Source: Candidatus Woesearchaeota archaeon (lineage in GTDB: Archaea; Nanobdellota; Nanobdellia; Woesearchaeales; SKGA01). Taken from it: a DNA stretch of 46,986 nt. This document shows positions 27,529 through 37,503 of the stretch, piece by piece; position 1 is the first letter of the stretch, and each line of letters begins with the position of its first letter. The notes under the pieces were generated by a model, which was not told the DNA's origin, did not search any database, and was given only the letters and a program-made list of their open reading frames with translations. The translations under genes were made by a program, and so were the position numbers. The stretch covers positions 1 through 46,986 of the forward strand of contig JAFGOT010000031.1 of the NCBI GenBank assembly GCA_016926395.1. Direction: 5' to 3'.

Positions 27529-27720
27529 GTGTACTTTTTGATTCCAAGCGAAAAAGAATTTCTGGACTTTCTGAGGAAAAATCCTCATCAAACTTACACT
27601 TCTCTCTCTAAAAGATTCTCGATAGAAATGGGAACTGTTCGAGATTTGGTAAAAATGTACTCTTCTAAAATTGATGTAATAAAAATTGGAACTGCACTAA
27701 TGGTGGATGTAAAACAATGA
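27529..27720 (+). CDS. small winged-HTH protein coupled to the giant surface protein gene
   Basis: 63 aa; LDFLRKNPHQTYTSLSKRFSIEMGTVRDLV HTH pattern; AGGTG SD; ATGA overlap with the next gene. Confidence 0.65.
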   Translation: MYFLIPSEKEFLDFLRKNPHQTYTSLSKRFSIEMGTVRDLVKMYSSKIDVIKIGTALMVDVKQ

Positions 27721-30700
27721 ACAACAAAGCTACAAAAATAGGAATTTGGACGTTGTTTTTACTAGTTTTAACTCTAATATTTATGAGTGGTGCGAGTGCA
27801 ACTGTAACTTCGGTTACTATTCAGTCACCAAATCAAAACTATGTTTATTATACAAATTCAGATGTTGATGTTGATGCTTCTGTTATTTTCTCTTCACCTA
27901 CGTCTGAAGTCAATTGTTCTTTGCTTTTTGGTTATGCATTTATAGACAAAGATGCGTATTCATTAACTTCCACATCTGGAATAAATTCTTTCGTTTTTAG
28001 TCCTGACTTTTCCTCAGATGCTTCTGGAAGTACTTGGGCAGCTACTTTATATTGTGAAAACACTTCGAACTCTTTGTTAAATGCCTCTTCGACACCAGGT
28101 TTTTTTGATATAATTTATGACTCTGCAAATCCTTCTATTTCAGATAATTTCACGACTGGTAATGAAATTAGTTTAGATAGAATTTATTTTAATGTCTCTG
28201 ATGGTGAATTTGTAGACGCGGATTCTATAAATGTAACTTTTAATGGTGTTGCTGATTATACTTATGATTTTGCGAGCTCCGAATTAACTTGTAATGCTTC
28301 AGGATTGATTGTTGGTTGCAATATTCTTATTCCCGTCATCCCTGTTGGTGATTATCAAGTTTCTGTCGAGGCTTCTGATGGCGCTGGTAATACACGATCT
28401 AAATCTTTTGGAACGATGACTTTAACCAAACAGTCTCGTCCTTCATCTCATATAGTTATCACTTCTCCTTTGAATCACACTGCCGTTAATGAAGGAACTG
28501 TTAGTTTTAATTTTAACATTCAAAACGAACCTGTCTCTTTCACTAATGATTACAATTGTACTATTACAACTAATACCAGTGATTCTTACACCGAGGATAA
28601 ACATTTCACTTCTGCATCAGGTTCATTTTCTTACGATACTTTTGGTCATGAGGTTGTGGGGTGGAGTTTATATTGTTACAATGATGTACGTACTATTCAG
28701 TCACCAACTTATGTTGTATCTTTTGAAAATGCAACTATTGGTGTTCAAACAAGTCAAACTTATTTTTCACTAGAAGATGGCTTGGTTAATTATTTTGCTT
28801 TTGATTACTTAAAGAACTCCGTAAACCTGACCGATGTTTTTTCTTCATCTAGCTTTGGATCCAGTGTTGGTTTAGCGTCACATATTGGTTTTGGAAATGC
28901 GTTGTCTTTTAATGGTATTTCTGGGTTGGTTGGTTCTTATGATGCTAATGACTTTACTTTGAATCAAAATGGTTTTTCTGTATCTTTATGGTTTAGACCT
29001 TTAAGTGCAAAAGACTCATATTTGGTTAGTTCCTCAAATTCAAATTTTAGTATTAGTATAAATAGTTCTGGGTTTTTAATTAACTTTACAAATTCATCAT
29101 TGACTACTAACCGTTTGTTTGTTCCTCAAGATATGAGTTCTCTTTGGAGAAACGTGATCTTAACTAGTGATGGTTCAGATTTATTGTTTTATGTTGATGG
29201 TAACTTGGTCTTAAAACAAACTGTTGGTGATATTCAGTCAAATGTTTACGGAAGAAACATTGAATATCTTGGTCAATTATCCAACAACGATGTATTTAAT
29301 GGTTCAATTGACGAACTTCTTATTTACAATCGTGCTCTTAGTCCTTTTGAGATTAATTTACTTGCTGGAACTCAAACGCCTTATGATACTTCAACTCATG
29401 GCGACCGTTCATTATTTACGGTAATTCCTACTAATGATTATTGGAATTATCTTAATTGTTCATTATATGTTAACAACACTTATGTTGATTCCGCAGATGT
29501 TCAAAATGGAACTCGTTATACTTTTGTTTATGATATTTTATCTGATGATAATTTCAATTGGTATTTTTCTTGTACTGATACATTTAGAAATTTATCTTCC
29601 TCAAGTAAATCTGTTGTTGTTGATTATACTCCTATCGCTCCTTTGATGCTTCCTTTAAATACTTCAACTAGTAATAAATCAATTAATATAGTTGGTGCGC
29701 TAGGGATGGCAGGAGATTTAACTTTAACGTCTCTAGTTCAAGCTTATTTTGGAACTGCAACTAATACTTCCTCAACTATTCAAAACCACTCTAATTATAT
29801 TGGTGGAGGTACAGTTACTAATTCTGTTAATGCGTACGCTTTTAGAGTTAATCGATCTACTTTAGATCCTGGTGTTGATGCTTATCTTTCTGTTATGAAA
29901 AGTGGTTATGTCGCAGTTAATGCAGACATTAATACTTTGTTTGCTAGTGCTAATTCGTTTAATCCCAATCTTGAGTTTTTAGAAATTGTTAATGTGACGC
30001 CTTTCCAAGGAACATTTGTTATTGAACTTGCTCAAGACATGTTGGTTAATTTAGTTGCTGGAAATAGTGTTGTTTTCTTCACAAGCCCAAAACCTTTGGG
30101 TTGGTTTAACGCTAGTTTTGATTTGTTATCAGGATTGAATGAAATGAGCGTTGAAGGAATTGTTCATAATACTGTTGGTCCTTATTCTTCTTTTAACATT
30201 TACTATGATGATTTGTTGCCTAATTTAATACAAGGTCCTTGGTTGTCTGCTATTGGTAAACCTTGGTCTTTAGGTTTTAATGTTACTGATGATTATGGTT
30301 TAGATGATACTAGTATTTATGCTATAATTAACAACTCTTTAACTTCTAGAACTTTTAATGTTAGCAATTCTTCAGAAATACAATGTAATTCTAATGCTTT
30401 TAATGCAAGTTGTACTTTATATGTTCCTTCCTCTTTAACAAACGGAATTTACAATATTACTTTGTTCGCAAATGATGTTGCAGGCAACACAGGAAATTCT
30501 TCTGGTCACGAGGTATATATTCGTTCATCAATAAGTGCAGTTACACAAATTAATGATACTTATAGTAACGCATCAAACGGAACGATACTTGTTAATTGGA
30601 ATCCTGTTCCTGATGCATATGTTGCTTATTACAATCTATCTGTAACTAATGTTCCTGGAGCAGCTAATGTTCTTGATTGGGTTAGTGTTCCAAACACTTC

Positions 30701-33700
30701 AACAAACTACACTTTTGATAATGAAACTTTAAAAGATTATTACGGTGATTTTTTATTTGTTGATATTTATCCTGTTGATATTGCTGGTGTTACAGGTCCA
30801 ATTACTTCAACAGATGGTCTTTTGTTAGTTGATCAAACTCCTCCTGTTATGAATAATGTTTCCATTATTCCTGATAGATCTTATTGGGTTAGGTCAAACT
30901 CTCAACTTCATTTATACTTTAATTTCACTGACGATGAAACTGGGATTGCAGAATATACATATGCAATAGGTACTGCACCATATCCTCTTCCAGGTTGGAA
31001 TAGTGTTCTTGATGAAACCACAACCGTTCAAAATGATTTTGTAGTTACAGGTCTATCCTTAGCTCAAGGTGGAACATATTATGTCTCTGCACGTGCAAGA
31101 AATGGTTATCCTTTCCTTTGGGAAAATAGTCAATCACAGTATTATTCATCTAGTTCTGTGCGTGTTGATTCTGTTGAGCCTTCTGGTGGTTCTATAAGTT
31201 ATACTTCAGGTCCTTTATCGACTGGCTCAATTTTAGTTAATTATTATGTTGGAACAGATGCGACTTCAGGATATCTAAATGCTTCTGTTATGAAAAAAAC
31301 CAGTCCTTTACTTAATGGTCAATGTGGAACTTTTTCTACTCCTTATGAATTAGTTGATTGGGTTTCTTCTCCTGGTCCTGACTCTGCTTCAGTCAGTATT
31401 CAAAATGGTTTTTGTTATATTTTTGCATTATATGTTTATGATAAAGCAGGTAATTTGGATATAATTTCAGGTTTAACTGCAAATAATGTTTCTGTTGATC
31501 AAACAGAACCTTCCACTGTTGACATCACGATTGATGATGGTTCTTTAACTCCTGATAATGAAATTTCAGTTAGTTGGACTGTTAGTTCTGATTTAGAATC
31601 TGGAATTGATCATTATGAATATGCTCTTGGAAATTCAAGCAATCCTGTTGATTGGAATGAAGTTGTTGATTGGACTAATATTAGTTATGTTAATACATCT
31701 TTGATAATGTCAAATCTAAACTTAACACATTTAGAAACATATTATTTCAAACTTCGAGCTTGGAATCATCATGGATTATTTTCCACTGCAGTTTCAAATC
31801 CAATAACTTATGTTGATTTAATAGTTCCTCAACCTTTGGTTGTCAAACAAGTTGGCTTAGACACAACTTATCCTTGGGTTGATAATACTAGCGATGGAAA
31901 CACAACAATATTATTTACGGGCGAAGATAATTTAGCTTCTTGTGTGTGGTCTTACTATGATATAGAATATCTAAATCCTGGTGCGGGAATAAATTATACT
32001 CATTCTTGTTTATCTGATGGTCAAGGAAATTATACTTGTAATATTTCAAAACCAGATGGTGTTTCTGCTTTAGAAGAAGGAAATTATAATGTGTATGTTA
32101 GTTGTCGAGATCAAGCAGGAAATATCCAAAGAGCAAATACAAATACGGACGTTTCTTTTGCAAAGGATGTTGGTGCGCCACTGGTTACTGTTTCAGGCAT
32201 AACAAATGGGGCTTTATATAATCAAATACCTGTTTATATTAATATCCAAGAGGCAACTTTAGATGACGCTTATTATGAAGTAAGAACGGGTGCAGGTCTG
32301 GTTGGAACTGGAGTTTTAACAACTGGAAATAATTCTGTAACTTTACCAATTAATCCTTTAGTTGCTGAGCATTGGTTAACTGTTTATGCAAATGATAGTT
32401 TTGGTCAAGTTAATGATACAACAAACATAACTTTCTTTGTGAATTCTTCAATTCCTTCAGGATATATTTATGCTCCAACTGAATACTTAAACAAAGATAC
32501 TAATTTAACGTTTTCAATGAGCTTCTTTAATAATTATTCTTATTACATTGAAGGGGATGGAGCAATAACGGGAGTATATTCAGGTTATTATTCTAATGCT
32601 TCAATAACTACTTTTGATGATTTCAACCTTCAGATTAATGTTTCTGACTTTGAAGATGGCGACTATACTGCAACATTAATTGTTAATAATTCTGTTAATG
32701 GAACTTTAAGAACTGACACTTATTATTTTGATTTTGTTGTTGATACTGAAATTCCAGAATACTCTGACGCGAACGATCCAGGAACTGTTTATGACAACGA
32801 AACTATTGATTTGTATATTACATCATCAGAAGAGAATGTTTCGGTAATCTTTAATGGAACTACTTATTATGCTGTTCCTGTTGCTTTTGGTGATCTTGTT
32901 GCTCCTGTTGGAAGTGGAAGGTATTGGGTTCAAATTCAACCTAATAAAGTGGATGATTTCATGGATTATATGTGGGTAATTTATGATTTGGCAGGCAATA
33001 ATGAAACTATCTCTGGAAGCGTGTTTGTGAATAATAGACAAACTAGTTTTGATGATGACATCACTACTATCTTAGACTTTGCAAATGCTGATTGGTCTTG
33101 GAACTTTGATTTTTCAGATAAAGATATTACTCAAAGATATAATGACTTTGTTTGTTCAATAGAACACAATGGTAGTTTCTCTCTTGTTAATACTCCATAC
33201 TCTTGTGTTGTGGATTGGGATTACGCTTCACCTGGTGCTTATGAATTAAATGTGACTGTTGATGAATATTCTAATGGTACTTTTGTTGATTCAATAAATA
33301 AAACAGTCTATATTAATTTCTCTAATACGGCTAATACTACTTTGATGTTGAACACTGCGTATTCTGTTTCGGGCATCATTGTTGATTCTGTTCATCTGGC
33401 AGCTTCAAGTTCTATCGAAGCAAATACTTATACGACTATGTCGCGATATGGAAACAATTTGACAGGTTTGGCTACTGTTGATTATCCTAATTCACCAAAA
33501 ATAATTTTATCTGTTGATGACATTAGACTTTTTATTAGCAATATTAGTGGCGGTGACATTGGAAATTTTGCTTTCAAGGAAAAAACATTATCGACAACTA
33601 CTTACGCTTCACAGGACTTAGGTTTAAGTTATAGATATGTTCCTCTTTATTCTTATGCAATAAATATTTCATATCCTTTCCAAACCAATGATTTGATAGA

Positions 33701-34697
33701 CTTTGATGTTTCAAATTATGATTTAAGTGATATTATTCTTTACAGATATGATTTCAATTTTGTAACTAATGCGGTAAATTATACTTCAAGAACAACAGTT
33801 CCTCTTTATAGCGTAAGTAATAATCTTGCATTGTATAATATTTCAGGAATGGAAGGTTTGTTCGTTTTAGTAAATGATTCTTATATTCCTCCGCCTCCAG
33901 AGCCTGTCATTCCAAGCAGTGGTGGTCATTCCAGCAGTGGTGGTGGTTTTAGTATGCCTCCTCCTCCAACAACTATTGTTGAAACTACAACAAATGAAAC
34001 TGATGACTCGCAAACTTCTCAAGTAGTTACCCCTGTGGCTTCTTGTTTTGACAACATTCAAAATCAAGATGAAACTGGTGTGGACTGTGGTGGTATTTGT
34101 GCTTCTTGTGTTGTTGAACAATCTGATAACACTGATTCTAATTCCGAATCTAGAGAAGAAATTCCTGAGTTTATTCCTGAATCAAATACAAAAGATAAAA
34201 ACAAACCTGCTAGGTCTTTTCCTTGGTGGGCTTTAATTGCATTAGTTGTTATTGCTGCAGGTGCTGGTGTTGGTGTCATATCCTCTAAAAAACAAGCTAG
34301 TGATGTTATTCAAAAAGTAATAGATGCTGGTGATGCTAGAGATGTTGTTGATATTGCAAATTTTATTCAAATGCATGAACTTCAAAATAACGATATTCAA
34401 GATCACGAATTAGTTAGCATGGGATTCTCTCAAAATAAAATTGATTTGGCAAGATATGCGATGGCAAATGAAGCAATGGTAAATTCCGTTGTTCAATACT
34501 TAGAACAAAACACAACTAAAGGTTACACTAGTGATGAATTATGTAATTGGTTAGTTTCAAAAGATGTTCATGAGGGCGTTGTTCTTCTTGCTAAAGAAAA
34601 ATTTCAAAAACCCGTAACTAGTATGGGGTCTTTAGATGAGTCTTCTTCAATGATTGATAATTCTCCTTTGGAAACTAACAATTTAGATAAAAACTAA
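27717..34697 (+). CDS. giant membrane-anchored surface glycoprotein (signal peptide, Ig/Fn3-like repeats, LamG domain, C-terminal TM and cytoplasmic tail)
   Basis: Sec signal peptide; repeated DxAGN strands; LamG signature FSVSLWF...FYVDG...FNGSIDELLIYNRALS; very many N-x-S/T sequons; Pro/Ser/Gly/Thr linker; CFDNIQNQDETGVDCGGICASC motif; TM WWALIALVVIAAGAGVGVI. Confidence 0.88.
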   Translation: MNNKATKIGIWTLFLLVLTLIFMSGASATVTSVTIQSPNQNYVYYTNSDVDVDASVIFSSPTSEVNCSLLFGYAFIDKDAYSLTSTSGINSFVFSPDFSSDASGSTWAATLYCENTSNSLLNASSTPGFFDIIYDSANPSISDNFTTGNEISLDRIYFNVSDGEFVDADSINVTFNGVADYTYDFASSELTCNASGLIVGCNILIPVIPVGDYQVSVEASDGAGNTRSKSFGTMTLTKQSRPSSHIVITSPLNHTAVNEGTVSFNFNIQNEPVSFTNDYNCTITTNTSDSYTEDKHFTSASGSFSYDTFGHEVVGWSLYCYNDVRTIQSPTYVVSFENATIGVQTSQTYFSLEDGLVNYFAFDYLKNSVNLTDVFSSSSFGSSVGLASHIGFGNALSFNGISGLVGSYDANDFTLNQNGFSVSLWFRPLSAKDSYLVSSSNSNFSISINSSGFLINFTNSSLTTNRLFVPQDMSSLWRNVILTSDGSDLLFYVDGNLVLKQTVGDIQSNVYGRNIEYLGQLSNNDVFNGSIDELLIYNRALSPFEINLLAGTQTPYDTSTHGDRSLFTVIPTNDYWNYLNCSLYVNNTYVDSADVQNGTRYTFVYDILSDDNFNWYFSCTDTFRNLSSSSKSVVVDYTPIAPLMLPLNTSTSNKSINIVGALGMAGDLTLTSLVQAYFGTATNTSSTIQNHSNYIGGGTVTNSVNAYAFRVNRSTLDPGVDAYLSVMKSGYVAVNADINTLFASANSFNPNLEFLEIVNVTPFQGTFVIELAQDMLVNLVAGNSVVFFTSPKPLGWFNASFDLLSGLNEMSVEGIVHNTVGPYSSFNIYYDDLLPNLIQGPWLSAIGKPWSLGFNVTDDYGLDDTSIYAIINNSLTSRTFNVSNSSEIQCNSNAFNASCTLYVPSSLTNGIYNITLFANDVAGNTGNSSGHEVYIRSSISAVTQINDTYSNASNGTILVNWNPVPDAYVAYYNLSVTNVPGAANVLDWVSVPNTSTNYTFDNETLKDYYGDFLFVDIYPVDIAGVTGPITSTDGLLLVDQTPPVMNNVSIIPDRSYWVRSNSQLHLYFNFTDDETGIAEYTYAIGTAPYPLPGWNSVLDETTTVQNDFVVTGLSLAQGGTYYVSARARNGYPFLWENSQSQYYSSSSVRVDSVEPSGGSISYTSGPLSTGSILVNYYVGTDATSGYLNASVMKKTSPLLNGQCGTFSTPYELVDWVSSPGPDSASVSIQNGFCYIFALYVYDKAGNLDIISGLTANNVSVDQTEPSTVDITIDDGSLTPDNEISVSWTVSSDLESGIDHYEYALGNSSNPVDWNEVVDWTNISYVNTSLIMSNLNLTHLETYYFKLRAWNHHGLFSTAVSNPITYVDLIVPQPLVVKQVGLDTTYPWVDNTSDGNTTILFTGEDNLASCVWSYYDIEYLNPGAGINYTHSCLSDGQGNYTCNISKPDGVSALEEGNYNVYVSCRDQAGNIQRANTNTDVSFAKDVGAPLVTVSGITNGALYNQIPVYINIQEATLDDAYYEVRTGAGLVGTGVLTTGNNSVTLPINPLVAEHWLTVYANDSFGQVNDTTNITFFVNSSIPSGYIYAPTEYLNKDTNLTFSMSFFNNYSYYIEGDGAITGVYSGYYSNASITTFDDFNLQINVSDFEDGDYTATLIVNNSVNGTLRTDTYYFDFVVDTEIPEYSDANDPGTVYDNETIDLYITSSEENVSVIFNGTTYYAVPVAFGDLVAPVGSGRYWVQIQPNKVDDFMDYMWVIYDLAGNNETISGSVFVNNRQTSFDDDITTILDFANADWSWNFDFSDKDITQRYNDFVCSIEHNGSFSLVNTPYSCVVDWDYASPGAYELNVTVDEYSNGTFVDSINKTVYINFSNTANTTLMLNTAYSVSGIIVDSVHLAASSSIEANTYTTMSRYGNNLTGLATVDYPNSPKIILSVDDIRLFISNISGGDIGNFAFKEKTLSTTTYASQDLGLSYRYVPLYSYAINISYPFQTNDLIDFDVSNYDLSDIILYRYDFNFVTNAVNYTSRTTVPLYSVSNNLALYNISGMEGLFVLVNDSYIPPPPEPVIPSSGGHSSSGGGFSMPPPPTTIVETTTNETDDSQTSQVVTPVASCFDNIQNQDETGVDCGGICASCVVEQSDNTDSNSESREEIPEFIPESNTKDKNKPARSFPWWALIALVVIAAGAGVGVISSKKQASDVIQKVIDAGDARDVVDIANFIQMHELQNNDIQDHELVSMGFSQNKIDLARYAMANEAMVNSVVQYLEQNTTKGYTSDELCNWLVSKDVHEGVVLLAKEKFQKPVTSMGSLDESSSMIDNSPLETNNLDKN

Positions 34698-35197
34698 ACT
34701 GCTAGAAAACCCTCTCTAATAATATCTTCCACGATGTAATGTGCGTCATATTGAACTTCAAATTTTTTCTCTATATTTTCAACAAACTCTTCTGCGTAGG
34801 TCATATTTTGAAAGTATCCTTCAACTAAGAAATCATAATTTCCTGTTATTTTCCAGACATTATTTATGTTATCGTGTGCTTTTAAGAAATTTTTTAGTTC
34901 TTCTCTTTTTTCAATTGGTGTTTTTAGAAGTAACTGAACTCTAGCTTTAAATCCTAACAAATTGAAGTTTAATATGCTGGTATGTTTTTGTATTAATTCT
35001 CCTTCATGATATTTTAATCTATCATAAAGTGTAGATATTGGTATTTTTGTTTTTTTACTGATTGTTGTTAAACTTGCTCTGCTATCGAGTCTTAATTGTT
35101 TAAATAGGGCTAAATCTTTTTGTAGTATTTTCTTTTTAGAACTTTGCTCGAAATCTTTTCCTGATTTTGTTTGTATTTTTTCATTCACGCTTATCAC
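34694..35197 (-). CDS. Lrp/AsnC family transcriptional regulator
   Basis: KDL.L..QLRLDSRASLTTISKKTKIPISTLYDRLK HTH; ITGNYDF RAM domain. Confidence 0.92.
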   Translation of the reverse strand: MISVNEKIQTKSGKDFEQSSKKKILQKDLALFKQLRLDSRASLTTISKKTKIPISTLYDRLKYHEGELIQKHTSILNFNLLGFKARVQLLLKTPIEKREELKNFLKAHDNINNVWKITGNYDFLVEGYFQNMTYAEEFVENIEKKFEVQYDAHYIVEDIIREGFLAV

Positions 35198-35306
35198 CTT
35201 TTTAGCAATTATTTTGAAATTGCATGGTTTAAACCCTATTTTTTTCGAATATAGATTTCATCCTTAAGGTGTATAAGGTCGTCTTAAGATTTAAATAACG
35301 ATAATA

Positions 35307-35314
35307 TTTATAAA
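35307..35314 (+). promoter_or_regulatory. TATA box of tRNA-Gly
   Basis: TTTATAAA 25 bp upstream of the tRNA 5' end. The same octamer precedes several other genes in the window. Confidence 0.65.
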
Positions 35315-35339
35315 TAAACATCTCATTCCTACATATTAC

Positions 35340-35411
35340 GCACTGGTAGTCTAATGGTTAGGATAGTGGCCTTCCAAGCCATTGATCCGGGTTCGAATCC
35401 CGGCCAGTGCA
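35340..35411 (+). tRNA. tRNA-Gly(TCC)
   Basis: Acceptor GCACTGG/CCAGTGC plus A, anticodon arm GTGGC-CTTCCAA-GCCAT, T arm CCGGG-TTCGAAT-CCCGG. No encoded CCA. Confidence 0.96.
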
Positions 35412-35453
35412 TTTATGCAATGGTAAGGGACCAATAATCTATGATTATTGTTT

Positions 35454-35470
35454 TCCCGGCCAGTGCACCA
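35454..35470 (+). repeat. direct repeat of the tRNA-Gly 3' end followed by CCA
   Basis: TCCCGGCCAGTGCA (14 bp) at 35454-35467 is identical to 35398-35411, then CCA follows. Confidence 0.9.
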
Positions 35471-35662
35471 TACATATTCTTATTAATCAAAATATATGAA
35501 ACTGATGCTAAGATATTTTGTCAGATTTATTTTAAAGGATTAAAATATAACTCTAACGTTTGAGGTGTTTATAATTAAGAATACTTAAGTATTAATTACC
35601 CTCATCGCAATGCTTATTTAACCGCTAGTTTAATAAATTCTTCTTGTCTTGTTGTCTTTATA

Positions 35663-36322
35663 ATGGAAGAAACTGTGTTAGTTGTAGTTGCCCATCCAGA
35701 TGATCAAATTTTTGGACCAGGTGGTGCTATAGCCAAATATGCTAAAGAAGGTAAATCTGTTAGGACTATTATTGCTTCATATGGTGAAAAATCTCATCCT
35801 CATTTTAAGCAAGAAGTTATTAGAGATATTCGTGTTAAAGAATCAGAGCGTGCTGACCGTTTAATTGGTGGTAAAGGTATTGAATATTGGGGAGTTAGAG
35901 AAGGAAAATTCGCAAGCGATTTTGAATCTATGAATTTGCGAGAAAGACTTATTGATGTTCTAGAAACATATAAACCTGTAAAAATTTTTACACATGCGCG
36001 AAATGAAACACATCCTGATCACGTTGCTATTAATTCTTTTGTCTTGTCTTGTTATGATGAGGTTGCTAAGAATCATGAGTGGTTTAATCCTCCTGTTTAT
36101 ACTTTTACTGTGTGGAATTATTTTAGAATAAAAAAACGTGATGTTCCTCGTCTAATAGTTGACGTGTCTGACACTTTTAGAGTTAAGCTTGCTGCTTTGT
36201 CTCTTTTTAAAAGCCAAATTATTACTATGATTAATCTTAAATGGAGTGTATACCTAAAAGCTTTTGTTACTGGTTTTAGAAATAACACTTCTTTTGCGGA
36301 AGAGTTTTACAAAGTAAGATGA
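35663..36322 (+). CDS. PIG-L/LmbE family N-deacetylase
   Basis: VVAHPDDQ..G.GG, R..E, HPDH, K..AL..FKSQ, AEEF. Confidence 0.9.
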   Translation: MEETVLVVVAHPDDQIFGPGGAIAKYAKEGKSVRTIIASYGEKSHPHFKQEVIRDIRVKESERADRLIGGKGIEYWGVREGKFASDFESMNLRERLIDVLETYKPVKIFTHARNETHPDHVAINSFVLSCYDEVAKNHEWFNPPVYTFTVWNYFRIKKRDVPRLIVDVSDTFRVKLAALSLFKSQIITMINLKWSVYLKAFVTGFRNNTSFAEEFYKVR

Positions 36323-37503
36323 CTGAAAATATTGTTGATTTGGAAAATGTCAAAAAACCTGTGATGGTTATTGCTTCAGATAATTTTTTACCTAGACGTG
36401 ATGGTATTACGCGATTTTTATCAGAAGTTATTCCTCGTCTTAAAGATAAATTTGATATAATTGTTATTTGTCCTGATTATGAAGGGGTTGAAGTTTTAAT
36501 TGATGGTGTTAAATTTGTTAGAGTGCCTTTATCTAAAAGAGTTGTTGGTGATTTTAAACTTCCTAAAGTCAAATTCAGACGAATAATCAAAGCGGTAAAA
36601 AAAGCAGATATTGTGTTCACTCAAACGTTAGGTCCAATTGGTGGATCTGCTCTTTTTTTTGCTCAAAAACTAAGACGTAAAACCGTGGCTTTTATTCATA
36701 ATATTGAATGGGAGTTAGTTGCTCAAGCTACTAGTTTTTCATTTGTAAAAAGATACTCTTATCCTATTACAAAAAGAATAACGCATTACTTATATTCTCG
36801 TTGTTCTTATTTAGTTGTTCCTTCAGAAAGTATTTCTGATGTTTTAACTTGGAAGGATCTTAGAACTCCAAAGAAAATTATTAATTTAGGTGTTGACACA
36901 AATAAGTTTAAACCCTCCGATGATTCTTTGGAACGACTTAAACTTCGTGAACTTTTAGGTGTACGAGATGATCAATTAGTTATTGGTTATCATGGCAGGA
37001 TTGCTCGAGAAAAAGATTTAGCAACTCTCATGAGAGCATTTGTTAAACTTAGAAATCAACATCCTTCATTAAAATTGCTTGTTGTTGGCAGTGGTATTAA
37101 AGAAATTGAAAAACAACTAGAAAAACAACCTGGTGTAATTCATGTTCCTGCTGTTTCTGACGTTGAAAAATACTTACAAGCGATGGATATTTATTGTTTA
37201 ACTTCTTTGACTGAAACCACGTCCTTGTCTGTTCTTGAAGCTATGAGCACATCTTTACCTGTTGTTACTTCAAGAGTTGGGTTTGTTAAAGATTATATTT
37301 CGCACGGTATTAATGGTTTGTTTTTTCAAAAAGGGGATTCTTTTTCTTTGGCAAAAGAAATTGAATTGCTTATAGAATCAAAGCAACTGCGTGAAAAATT
37401 AGGGGGGAATGCACGCCATACTATTGTTCATCGTTTTGATTGGGATTTAACTGGCATGCGTTTAGTTGATTTTTTTGAAAATACTTTTATTAAAACAAAA
37501 TGA
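36319..37503 (+). CDS. glycosyltransferase family 4
   Basis: DNFLP..DG, GVDTNKF, GRIAREK, ETTSLSVLEAMS (EX7E). Confidence 0.93.
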   Translation: MTENIVDLENVKKPVMVIASDNFLPRRDGITRFLSEVIPRLKDKFDIIVICPDYEGVEVLIDGVKFVRVPLSKRVVGDFKLPKVKFRRIIKAVKKADIVFTQTLGPIGGSALFFAQKLRRKTVAFIHNIEWELVAQATSFSFVKRYSYPITKRITHYLYSRCSYLVVPSESISDVLTWKDLRTPKKIINLGVDTNKFKPSDDSLERLKLRELLGVRDDQLVIGYHGRIAREKDLATLMRAFVKLRNQHPSLKLLVVGSGIKEIEKQLEKQPGVIHVPAVSDVEKYLQAMDIYCLTSLTETTSLSVLEAMSTSLPVVTSRVGFVKDYISHGINGLFFQKGDSFSLAKEIELLIESKQLREKLGGNARHTIVHRFDWDLTGMRLVDFFENTFIKTK

